64,000 nucleotides of DNA, from positions 96,001 to 160,000 of the forward strand of contig JBQTHB010000003.1 of assembly GCA_052390235.1 (NCBI GenBank), given 5' to 3'. The notes under the pieces are model-generated. The model saw only the letters and a list, made by a program, of their open reading frames with translations. It made no database searches and had not been told where the DNA came from. The stretch comes from Deltaproteobacteria bacterium. Lineage in GTDB: Bacteria; Desulfobacterota_D; UBA1144; Nemesobacterales; CSP1-2. The translations under genes and the position numbers were made by a program. Shown one piece after another: positions 55,481 to 64,000 of the stretch (its first letter is position 1; each line of letters begins with the position of its first letter).

Positions 55481-57220
55481 ATGGCGGATAACTCGCTTAA
55501 AAAGGGCAGATACACTAAATACGGCAATAAGATTGGGCTATATAGTAACGCGAAGGGCAGTTTTATCAAAAATGGCAGCGAAGTAGTGCTGAACTTTCCT
55601 TTCAAAGACACCGTGCTAGAAGCTGGCATGAGCCGCGAAGACGCCGGACGCGAGGAACGATTCTTGCATCTGGAGATTGACAGCAAGGACATTGACACGC
55701 TGGAAGAGCCAAAGGCGCTGACTGACTTTCGCTACATTGACAAAGACGGCGAGAAACCCCTAAACGCAGGTAGCGGCATAGAGTTTTTTGATAATGATGG
55801 CAACCTCAAGCAAAACCTGCTCATCAAGGGCAATAACCTGCTGGCGCTTTATTCACTGCGTGAGAAGTTAGCTGGCAAGGTGAAGCTGATTTACATTGAC
55901 CCGCCGTACAACACCGGCAATGACGGCTTCCGCTATAACGATAATTTCAATCATTCCGCGTGGCTAACTTTTATGAAAAATCGGCTTGAAGTAGCGAAGG
56001 ATTTGCTGGCTGATGAGGGCAGTATCTGGATAAGCATCGACGATAATGAGAGTCATTATTTAAAAATATTATGCGATGAAATTTTTGGCAGGGATAATTT
56101 TGTAATTCAATCCGTTATAAAACGAGGTTCGGCAACCGGCCATAAATCAATCAATCCTACGCCAATTCAAGTTTGTGATTATTTATTGGTTTTTACTAAA
56201 GATAAATCAAAATGGAAATACAAGCCAGTCTATCAAGAGCGTGGTTTCGATAGAGCATATTCTAAATTTATAGATAATTTTGACGATAATTTTGAAAATT
56301 GGACATTTATTAGCCTTAAACAAGCGCAGATAAAGTTTGGCTTTAGTATAGAAAAAAACTTAGAAAAATACGCCGATAGAATAACAAGATTTGCCCAACC
56401 AGACTATAAAAATGTTGGCCAAGACATCAGGAGCCTTATTGATATTTCAAAAAAAGATATCTCGAAGGTATATCTTCATAAACGAGATGGGTATCCCGAT
56501 ATATATATGTATGCAGGTGATCGAATTTTATTCTACAAGGATAAATTAAGGAACGTTGATGGGCGTCTAATAACAGCAGAGCCTGCTACGAATCTTTGGG
56601 TTGATATGAATTATCAAGGTATTGCCAGCGAAGGCGGCGTAACGCTTCTAAGAGGTAAAAAGCCTGAATTACAGATAAAACGCATTTTAGAAATGTCTAC
56701 GAATGAAAACGACATCGTACTGGACTTTATGCTCGGCAGCGGTACGACATCAGCCGTGGCTCATAAAATGAACCGCCGTTGGGTCGGGATTGAGCAGATG
56801 GACTACATTGAAGACGTTGCCAAAGAACGACTCAAAAAGGTCGTGGCAGGCGAGCAGGGCGGCATCAGCAAAAGCGTTGACTGGACTGGCGGCGGTTCAT
56901 TCGTCTATTTTGAACTCAAGAAATACAACCAAGAGTACGTTGACCGCATCATGGCGGCGGCGAGCCTGTCCGAGCTTGAAGACCTATATGTTGATATGCG
57001 TAACAACGCATTTCTGAAGTTTTGGTTTGACCGCAAAGAGTTTGAAAAGGACGAGAACTTCCGCAAGTTGGATATTGAAAAAAGGAAGCAAAAGCTGGTG
57101 GAAGTGCTGGACGAGAACCAGCTATATCTCAATTATGCCGATATGGGCGACACACGCCACAAAGTTAGCGACGACGAGAAAACGCTGACGGACAAGTTCT
57201 ATGGCACGGCAGACAAATGA
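55481..57220 (+). CDS. mod: Type III R-M methyltransferase (Mod)
   Basis: NLLIKGNNL, IYIDPPYNTG, WLTFMKNRL, KKPE, VLDFMLGSGTT, GEQGGISK. Confidence 0.9.
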   Translation: MADNSLKKGRYTKYGNKIGLYSNAKGSFIKNGSEVVLNFPFKDTVLEAGMSREDAGREERFLHLEIDSKDIDTLEEPKALTDFRYIDKDGEKPLNAGSGIEFFDNDGNLKQNLLIKGNNLLALYSLREKLAGKVKLIYIDPPYNTGNDGFRYNDNFNHSAWLTFMKNRLEVAKDLLADEGSIWISIDDNESHYLKILCDEIFGRDNFVIQSVIKRGSATGHKSINPTPIQVCDYLLVFTKDKSKWKYKPVYQERGFDRAYSKFIDNFDDNFENWTFISLKQAQIKFGFSIEKNLEKYADRITRFAQPDYKNVGQDIRSLIDISKKDISKVYLHKRDGYPDIYMYAGDRILFYKDKLRNVDGRLITAEPATNLWVDMNYQGIASEGGVTLLRGKKPELQIKRILEMSTNENDIVLDFMLGSGTTSAVAHKMNRRWVGIEQMDYIEDVAKERLKKVVAGEQGGISKSVDWTGGGSFVYFELKKYNQEYVDRIMAAASLSELEDLYVDMRNNAFLKFWFDRKEFEKDENFRKLDIEKRKQKLVEVLDENQLYLNYADMGDTRHKVSDDEKTLTDKFYGTADK

Positions 57221-58263
57221 GCATTGACGATAAAAGCAACGAAGTCATTATCTACACCGGCGAGAACGGCCAGACGCACATTGGGGTGAAGTTTCAGGGC
57301 GAGACGGCGTGGCTTACACAAGCTCAGTTGGTGGAGCTTTTTCAATCAAGCAAGGCAAATGTCAGCGAGCATATTAAGAATACTTTTGATGAAGGCGAGT
57401 TGCGACAAGATTCAGTTGTTCGGATTTTCCGAACAACTGCCGCTGATGGCAAGAGCTACGATGTTAATTATTACAACCTCGATATGATTATCTCTCTCGG
57501 CTATCGCATTAAATCATCGGTCGCCACCAAATTCCGCATCTGGGCGACTGAAAGATTGCGCGAGTACATCGTCAAAGGGTTTGCGATGGACGACGAACGC
57601 CTGAAAGGCGCTGGCGGCGGCAACTACTGGAAAGAGCTTCTGGAGCGCATCCGCGATATCCGCAGCAGCGAAAAAGCGTTGTATCGGCAGGTGCTGGATT
57701 TATACGCTACCAGCGTGGATTACGACCCGAACAACTCGGAAACCGTCAAATTCTTTAAAGTAGTGCAAAACAAATTGCACTATGCCACGAACAAGCAAAC
57801 TGCCGCAGAAGTCATCCATGCCCGGGCCGATAGCGCCAAGGATTTTATGGGATTGATTACGTTTGCCGGCGCGATGCCAATCCTTAAGGATATAGCTGTA
57901 GCGAAAAACTATTTGACGGAAGACGAGCTGTTCGTGCTTAACCGCTTGGTTTCGGCATTCTTTGACTTGGCGGAAATAAAGGCGCGGGAGCATACTCCAA
58001 TGCGTATGAGAGATTGGGTGCGGGAACTGGACAAATTTGCCGCCGCCTACGGCAAAGGGGTACTGCAAAACGCAGGCGCTATAAGCCACAGACAAGCCGA
58101 GGAAAAGGCGGCGAAAGAGTACCGCAAGTACCAGGCGCGAACACTTTCGCCGGTAGAAGAGGCTTACCTGGAATCCGTCAAAGCGCTCTCCAAGCAGGCT
58201 GAAGCGGCAATTCGGCAAAGTTCAAAAACTAAGCGAGCGACAAAACGCGGTGAAAAAAAGTAA
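57217..58263 (+). CDS. Virulence RhuM-family protein
   Basis: ETAWLTQAQLVELFQ, YNLDMIISLGYRIKS..ATKFRIWAT, KGFAMDDERLK, RIRDIRSSEK, VQNKLHYA. Confidence 0.88.
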   Translation: MSIDDKSNEVIIYTGENGQTHIGVKFQGETAWLTQAQLVELFQSSKANVSEHIKNTFDEGELRQDSVVRIFRTTAADGKSYDVNYYNLDMIISLGYRIKSSVATKFRIWATERLREYIVKGFAMDDERLKGAGGGNYWKELLERIRDIRSSEKALYRQVLDLYATSVDYDPNNSETVKFFKVVQNKLHYATNKQTAAEVIHARADSAKDFMGLITFAGAMPILKDIAVAKNYLTEDELFVLNRLVSAFFDLAEIKAREHTPMRMRDWVRELDKFAAAYGKGVLQNAGAISHRQAEEKAAKEYRKYQARTLSPVEEAYLESVKALSKQAEAAIRQSSKTKRATKRGEKK

Positions 58264-61069
58264 AACTAAGGTCAATGAAACTCTTGGCGGCTTCCTATTC
58301 AACAAAATAGAAGGCGACCCTGATTATGTACAGTGGGCTAAGTCCTACAAAATACCAGACTATATAACTGAGAACCTACATCCGACTAAGCAGCTGCGCG
58401 GCTATCCAGAAACAGCGCTGAAGCGCTGTTTCTGGCTATACGACAACGATAGAGCCAACGCCAAGCACCTGCTATTCAATATGGCGACTGGCGCTGGCAA
58501 GACGCTCGTGATGGCTTCTGTTGTGCTATTTTTGTATGAAAAAGGCTACCGCAACTTTCTCTTTCTCGTGCATCAGATACAAATCAAAGACCAAGCCGTC
58601 AAGAACTTCACGGACTATAAGTTTGATAAATACCTGTTCAGTCCGAAGGGTATCAAAATCAATGGGCGAAGTGTTGATGTCAGGATGGTTGAAAGCGTAG
58701 CTGATGCCAATCTCAACGCTATCAATTTTATGTTCTTTAGCACATCACTGCTGTACAACCGCCTCAAAGAAGACCGCGAAAATGGGCTGACGGCTGGAGA
58801 TTTTGCCGAGAATGACATTGTAATCATCGCCGATGAAGCGCATCGCCTCAACGTAGATACACGCAGTAAAAACAAGACAGATATTGAAGAAATAGAGAAC
58901 TGGGAAACCGCTGTGATGTCGGCGATAAAGGCTCGCGGGGGAAACATACTGCTAGAGTTCACGGCTACTGTGGATTTAGCCAACCGAGATATTCACGAAA
59001 AATATACGGAAAAAATAGTACACCGCTACGACTTTTTAGAGTTCAATAGGGACGGCTACAGCAAAGATGTGAAGTTCTTATTCAACCAAGAAGTCCACAC
59101 TGAAAACCAGAAACGGCTGCTAATTATCAACGCGGTCGCTTTGAGCGAGTATCGCAGGTTGCTTGCAGAGCGTGAGATGGGCGTTTCCATAAGCCCAATT
59201 GTACTAATCAAGTCGGTCAAGATTGCTCAGAGCGAGGACGACCGCAAGTTCTTTGACAGCGTTATCAGTTCATTGCGGCCAGAAGATTTAAGCCGCTTGA
59301 AGGAACTGAGTCGTGAGAATAAAGACCGCGAACACGAAATACTAGCCGATATGTTTGCGTGGCTTAGCTCAAAAGAAAGCGGGCTTGTAGCACCGGGCGA
59401 TTGGGACGGCTTGAAGGGGTTTACGGCAGAAATACGCGCCAGATTTGCCCACGAAAACACGCTTATCTACAACAGCCAGAAGAAAGAAAAAGCTGAACTA
59501 CTGCCGCTTCTCGATAGCCCGCGAAACACTATACGAGCCATCTTTTCAGTCAACGCCCTAAACGAAGGCTGGGACGTGCTGGGGCTGTTCGACATTGTGC
59601 ATTTTGATATTTCTGAAGCCAAGAAGGTATCGCTCCAGGACATCCAGCTCATCGGACGCGGCGCTAGATACTGCCCTTATGAGCTACCGAAGGCTTATAA
59701 GCCAGACGAACCTGGCACTATTTTTGGGCGTGGTCTGGAGTTTGATAAATACAAGCGCAAGTTTGATAACGCACCATTTGAGCGCGGGCGGGCGCTGGAA
59801 ACCTTCGTATATCACTTTGTAAAAACCGGCACATTCCTAGAAAATCTTCGGCGTGATTTGCTCGGCGAGGGTATCATCAGCGAAGGAGTAGAGAAGAAAA
59901 CTATCAGTATGAAACAGAAATTTCTTGATAGCGATACTTACAAAAAAGGGTTCGTGCTTGTAAACCGCACTGAAAAGCGTACCAAAACGCTTGGCGCAGA
60001 AATTGAGACTACGTTCAGGCGTGTCATAAAGGCTGGCTCGTACAACCTGCGCGCTAGGGGCTTATCCGATGTTGAGCAGAACCAGATTATCGCCGGGCAG
60101 AAGGTTGCCGTTATCCGCATCACTGAGGAGTATTTCCCGATGCCTATTATCCGCAAAGCGCTGGTGTCGGCAGAGGGCAACTTCTTCCGCTTCAACAATC
60201 TGAGCAAACATATTGTCGGTATTGGCACGATTGATGAGCTGATTGAAAAATATCTGCCGCTTTACGAAATCAAATACACCTACGAAGAAGGCAAAGGCAT
60301 TAGCCAGCTCAGCCCAACCGAAAAATTGCAATTGCTGGTGGGCGTGATACTGCCAGAGGTTCGCAGTGCAATTGACGTAAATATGCCGCGCGTTACAGGT
60401 AGCAAGAAGTTCCGACCTGTGCCGCTATCAGCAGTATTTGGCAGGGAAAAAAATATACACCTGATGTCATTCCCAGTAGAAGACCCAACTACTGGCGAGA
60501 AGGTCTCTATGAGTAATGACGAGCGAGCCAAAGCACAATCAGACCACGACAACCCCGAGCTTCAGTACGATATTAAATCTGCCAACTGGTACGCCTACGA
60601 TGAAAATTACGGCACGAGCGAAGAGAAGAAGTTCGTGAAGTACATCGCCAGTCAGATGGGCGATTTGCGTGCTAAGTACGCGGGCGCAGAGATTTACCTC
60701 ATACGCAATGAGCTTGATTACTGGCTATTTAGCCCGCAAGACGGACGCAGATTTAGCCCCGACTATATGCTGATTGTAAACGATGCGCAAAATGGCGAGA
60801 TGTACTATCAAGCGCTGATTGAACCAAAGGGCGGTCATCTGCTAGAGCGCGACGCTTGGAAAGAAGAAGCTCTGATAAGCCTTGCCGATGATAGCGAAGT
60901 GGTGTTTGATAGCGACGACGGCGACACACGCAATTACCGTGAATACTTAGCAGAAGCCAGCAAGCGCGGCTACAAGGAAGTGAAACCTCTAGGGCTTAAG
61001 TTCTACAACTCAGACCCGCGCGGCGAAGCTGATTTTGCCCTTGAATTCCAAGCCAAGTTACTCAGCTAG
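58250..61069 (+). CDS. res: Type III R-M restriction subunit (Res; SF2 helicase plus PD-(D/E)xK nuclease)
   Basis: FNMATGAGKT, IADEAH, EFTAT, LNEGWDV, QLIGRGAR, C-terminal FSPDY...IEPKG. Confidence 0.88.
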   Translation: MKKSKTKVNETLGGFLFNKIEGDPDYVQWAKSYKIPDYITENLHPTKQLRGYPETALKRCFWLYDNDRANAKHLLFNMATGAGKTLVMASVVLFLYEKGYRNFLFLVHQIQIKDQAVKNFTDYKFDKYLFSPKGIKINGRSVDVRMVESVADANLNAINFMFFSTSLLYNRLKEDRENGLTAGDFAENDIVIIADEAHRLNVDTRSKNKTDIEEIENWETAVMSAIKARGGNILLEFTATVDLANRDIHEKYTEKIVHRYDFLEFNRDGYSKDVKFLFNQEVHTENQKRLLIINAVALSEYRRLLAEREMGVSISPIVLIKSVKIAQSEDDRKFFDSVISSLRPEDLSRLKELSRENKDREHEILADMFAWLSSKESGLVAPGDWDGLKGFTAEIRARFAHENTLIYNSQKKEKAELLPLLDSPRNTIRAIFSVNALNEGWDVLGLFDIVHFDISEAKKVSLQDIQLIGRGARYCPYELPKAYKPDEPGTIFGRGLEFDKYKRKFDNAPFERGRALETFVYHFVKTGTFLENLRRDLLGEGIISEGVEKKTISMKQKFLDSDTYKKGFVLVNRTEKRTKTLGAEIETTFRRVIKAGSYNLRARGLSDVEQNQIIAGQKVAVIRITEEYFPMPIIRKALVSAEGNFFRFNNLSKHIVGIGTIDELIEKYLPLYEIKYTYEEGKGISQLSPTEKLQLLVGVILPEVRSAIDVNMPRVTGSKKFRPVPLSAVFGREKNIHLMSFPVEDPTTGEKVSMSNDERAKAQSDHDNPELQYDIKSANWYAYDENYGTSEEKKFVKYIASQMGDLRAKYAGAEIYLIRNELDYWLFSPQDGRRFSPDYMLIVNDAQNGEMYYQALIEPKGGHLLERDAWKEEALISLADDSEVVFDSDDGDTRNYREYLAEASKRGYKEVKPLGLKFYNSDPRGEADFALEFQAKLLS

Positions 61070-61168
61070 CACAGCGGCTCAATCGGCAGTGGCGGCAGGT
61101 CAGGGGAATTGATTTCTCCCTCTCGCGTAGGGTAGAATCAACCAAAAATTACACAAGAGAAAACCTCA

Positions 61169-61897
61169 ATGAGCGGAGACATCCAGAGAGCTAAAGAGCT
61201 AATCAAAAACGCCAAATCCGTAGCCGTCCTCACCGGAGCGGGGATTTCCGCCGAAAGCGGCATCCCGACATTCCGCGGCGAGAGGGGGCTTTGGGAGAAA
61301 TACCGCCCTGAAGATGTTGACACGCAAGACGCCTTCCGCCGCAACCCCGCTTACGTCTGGGAGTGGTACGGGAGCATCCGAGAACTAGTGGCGAAATCAA
61401 AGCCCAACGCGGGACACCTCGCCCTAGTCGAGCTTGAGAGAATGAAGGGGAATTTTGGCATAATCACTCAGAATATTGACGACCTTCACCGCGCCGCCGG
61501 CAGCAGGAACGTCATCGAGCTTCACGGCAACGTCTGGCGTCCGAGATGCGCCGTCTGCCTCGAAATAGAAGAAAATCGTGAAGTTCCGCTTGCCGAATCC
61601 CCGCCTAAATGTAGAAAATGCGGCGGGATGCTCCGCCCCGGCGTTATCTGGTACGATGAGAACATTCCGGCGGAGATAATTGACGCATCCCTCATTGCCA
61701 TTGAGACCTGCGACGTGATGGTGATTATCGGCACATCCGCGCTTGTAGAACCCGCAGGCTCAATGGGGCTGGTGGCAAAGCGCATCGGCAAACCCGTTAT
61801 CGAGATAAACCTCGAGCGCACAATGAACTCGGTCTTCTACGATGTTATCCTGCTTGGGAAATCGGGGGATATTCTGCCCGAGATTATCCTCGGCTGA
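61169..61897 (+). CDS. cobB: NAD-dependent protein deacylase (sirtuin, CobB type)
   Basis: LTGAGISAESGIPTFRG, TQNIDDLH, ELHGN, two CxxC, LRPGVIWY, IGTS. Confidence 0.93.
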   Translation: MSGDIQRAKELIKNAKSVAVLTGAGISAESGIPTFRGERGLWEKYRPEDVDTQDAFRRNPAYVWEWYGSIRELVAKSKPNAGHLALVELERMKGNFGIITQNIDDLHRAAGSRNVIELHGNVWRPRCAVCLEIEENREVPLAESPPKCRKCGGMLRPGVIWYDENIPAEIIDASLIAIETCDVMVIIGTSALVEPAGSMGLVAKRIGKPVIEINLERTMNSVFYDVILLGKSGDILPEIILG

Positions 61898-61948
61898 TGG
61901 GATACTCGCCCGCCCAGCCGCTACAAGCGCTTTCGCGGGGGCTGGACG

Positions 61949-62749
61949 CTAATCGTCATGTATCGCATCATCCTGCGGCTTGTCCGCCGAATCCGGCATC
62001 GCCGTATCGTGGAATTCACCCTGAGACCCTCTGAGCCTTATATATACCGATTTACTCGAGCCTCTGGTGAGTATCTCAAAATGGTCGGCAAGGGAGCGAA
62101 ACAGGGGCGTCATGGTTTTAAATCCGTAGCTTCTGGGGTCGAAACTGGGGTCGAGCTTTCTGAGCGCCTCCCCGATTTTTCCCAAGTACGCGAGTTCGTC
62201 CTCCTGAACGACGTTGTTAACCGCCTCTTTGAGGAGCTTTATCGTCTCTTCGGTAGGGGCGGCGGCGCGCCTTACGCCCTTCTTTCCGCCCTCAGACGAG
62301 GCTTCGGGTTTATCCACGAGATTCTCCGTATATACGAAAAGCTCGCAGGCTTTGACAAACGGCTGAGGGGTTTTCTTCTGCCCTATGCCCATGATGAAAA
62401 CGCCGGATTCTCTGAGCCTCGTGGCTAGGCGCGTGTAGTCGCTGTCGCTTGAGACGATGCAAAAACCGTTGACTATTTTCTCGTGGAGGATGTCCATGGC
62501 GTCAATAATGAGCGAGCTGTCAGTAGAGTTTTTACCGGAGGTGTATTTGAACTGCTGTATGGGCTGAATGGCGAACACGTGAAGCGCGCTCTTCCATCCG
62601 TTCATGTGCGGGCTTGTCCAATCGCCGTAAATCCGCCTGATAGTTACGACGCCTTTTTTAGTTACCTCGCTGAGGATTTTTCCAAGCAAGTTGGGTTGAG
62701 CATTCTCGCCGTCTATGAGAACGGCTACTTTAAAAGAGTTTTCATTCAT
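61949..62749 (-). CDS. NYN-domain protein with C-terminal OST-HTH/LOTUS domain
   Basis: AVLIDGEN, RRIYGDW, GKNSTDSSLIIDAMDIL, SSDSDYT, PSFDPRSYGF. Confidence 0.9.
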   Translation of the reverse strand: MNENSFKVAVLIDGENAQPNLLGKILSEVTKKGVVTIRRIYGDWTSPHMNGWKSALHVFAIQPIQQFKYTSGKNSTDSSLIIDAMDILHEKIVNGFCIVSSDSDYTRLATRLRESGVFIMGIGQKKTPQPFVKACELFVYTENLVDKPEASSEGGKKGVRRAAAPTEETIKLLKEAVNNVVQEDELAYLGKIGEALRKLDPSFDPRSYGFKTMTPLFRSLADHFEILTRGSSKSVYIRLRGSQGEFHDTAMPDSADKPQDDAIHDD

Positions 62750-62902
62750 TTTGGGTTCTTCTTTTTACTTTTTGATGGCTATCAGAATAACTGACTTTTA
62801 CGCACTTATCACTTTTCGCCGGAAAATTGGGCGGACAGGAGCCGCGCCGGGCTTGAGAAGCTCCCAGAGATTAACCGCGTTTTGTGCTGTAGAATATTAA
62901 TT

Positions 62903-64000
62903 ATGGCGGACTATAGCTTTGATTTCCTGTTCATAGGCGGAGGGATTTTGGGCTCGTCGGGGGCAATGTCTCTTGCCAAGATGCTCGCCCTTCGGGCAGA
63001 GAGCGCAAGCGTCGCCGTCCTTGACCTCGATTTAGAAGGCGAGCATTCATCCTCGCTCAAAAACGCAGGCGGCGTCAGGGCTACTTGGCGCAACAGGGCA
63101 AACGTCGCGCTCTGCAAGTACTCGATTGATTTCTACGAGACCATAGCCGAACAAGTCCAATTCAAGGAGCTTGGCTACTATTGGATGCACGATGCAGAGT
63201 GGTGCGAAGAGGTCAGGGGGAATCTCCCGCTCTACCGCGAATACGGGCTTTCCGTGGAGATTCACCCTGCCGAGGCAGTTCCCGAATTTCTCCCATTTGT
63301 GGATAATTTAGATGGAATAAGCGGGCTTTCAATCTCCCATAAAGCCGGACTCATTGACCACTACTCGCTCAGGGAGTACTACAGGAGGGAAGCCCGAGGG
63401 GCGGGGGTTCAGTTCTTCGACGGCTGTTTTGTGAAGCAGATTAAAGTATCGGGCGGCGCGGCGCGGGAGGTCGTAGCGCTCCGAGATTACCGGCGGCAAG
63501 GCTCGGATTTAGATAAATCGAGCTTAGTAAAATCCTGCCTAACCACAGGGGGTGAACCCGAAGGCGAGGAAATCTCGTTTCAGTGCGGAGTCCTAATCAA
63601 TACCGCTGGCGCGTGGTCGCCCCGAATCTCGGCACTCTTGGGATTCGACGATGCGATGATAAAACCGCGCAGACGGCAGATGGTCGTCTTCAGATGCCCA
63701 GAGGTTGACCTCGCCCGCTATGGAATTGTCATTGACACCTCGGCGGTGTATTTCCACAGAGATTCCGATAACATCCTCGCCGGATACTCCAATATGGACG
63801 AGCCTTACGGCTACAACCTCGATTTTGGCTTCGGAGGCGCGCAGGAGGACAGCCAATTCACTCGCCACATCTGGACGCCGCTCGCGGGGAGAAGCTCCAA
63901 ATTCGAGCGCGTGAAATTCATCAGGGGATGGGCAGGGCTATACGCCGAAACCCCCGACCGCTCCGGCTTTCTCGGCAGAGTGCCGGGATTTGAGAATGTC
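62903..64000 (+). CDS. FAD-dependent oxidoreductase (DAO/sarcosine oxidase-like), runs off the window end
   Basis: Translated by hand: MADYSFDFLFIGGGILGSS...SSLKNAGGVR...GWAGLYAETPDRSGFLG; absent from the ORF track because it has no stop in the window. Confidence 0.88.
   Translation, partial: MADYSFDFLFIGGGILGSSGAMSLAKMLALRAESASVAVLDLDLEGEHSSSLKNAGGVRATWRNRANVALCKYSIDFYETIAEQVQFKELGYYWMHDAEWCEEVRGNLPLYREYGLSVEIHPAEAVPEFLPFVDNLDGISGLSISHKAGLIDHYSLREYYRREARGAGVQFFDGCFVKQIKVSGGAAREVVALRDYRRQGSDLDKSSLVKSCLTTGGEPEGEEISFQCGVLINTAGAWSPRISALLGFDDAMIKPRRRQMVVFRCPEVDLARYGIVIDTSAVYFHRDSDNILAGYSNMDEPYGYNLDFGFGGAQEDSQFTRHIWTPLAGRSSKFERVKFIRGWAGLYAETPDRSGFLGRVPGFENV

Larger units (their letters stand above)
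53109..61080. mobile_element. Low-GC defence island at the tRNA-Asn 3' end (no integrase or att duplication seen)
   Basis: Abrupt compositional shift after the tRNA; R-M gene cluster; host-like composition resumes at cobB. Confidence 0.75.

Noticed and set aside
61169..62749. Sirtuin plus NYN nuclease as a Sir2-type defence pair next to the island
   Set aside because: The sirtuin is a canonical Zn-binding CobB with host-like composition and the genes are convergent; only proximity supports it

Overview
A gene-dense bacterial chromosomal window of moderately high GC, mostly core housekeeping genes. These include eno, leuCD, phoH, purA-hisZ-serA, tatC, mqnD, secA, smc, ppiD-like, cofD, a split F1 ATP synthase operon (b', b, delta, alpha, gamma, beta, epsilon), ino1, rplM-rpsI, lepA, tyrA, dtd, smpB-ssrA (tmRNA), PBP1A, rdgB, pyrG, tRNA-Asn and cobB. 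The gene set (futalosine pathway, split atp operon, F420 cofD, inositol-phosphate synthase) suggests a Deltaproteobacteria/Desulfobacterota-related lineage such as Dadabacteria; this is inference. Accessory or unusual parts are: (i) a four-gene polyprenol-phosphate-sugar glycosylation cassette with a PMT-type protein mannosyltransferase (4.0-9.0 kb); (ii) four 11-bp-periodic Pho-box-like repeats and a small leader ORF upstream of phoH; (iii) a dRS3/REP-like palindromic repeat mosaic (16.15-16.66 kb) and a related pair at 45.35 kb; (iv) a perfect (TTTGGG)12 tract fused to a DNA-methyltransferase remnant (46 kb) beside a stand-alone PgaB-C-terminal-like hydrolase; (v) an ~8 kb low-GC mosaic defence island at the 3' end of tRNA-Asn. 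The island carries a C-protein-controlled ScaI-like type II R-M system whose endonuclease has an internal stop, a truncated HEPN-motif DUF3644-like gene, and a type III mod-rhuM-res operon. All family calls come from motif recognition by eye; no searches were run.
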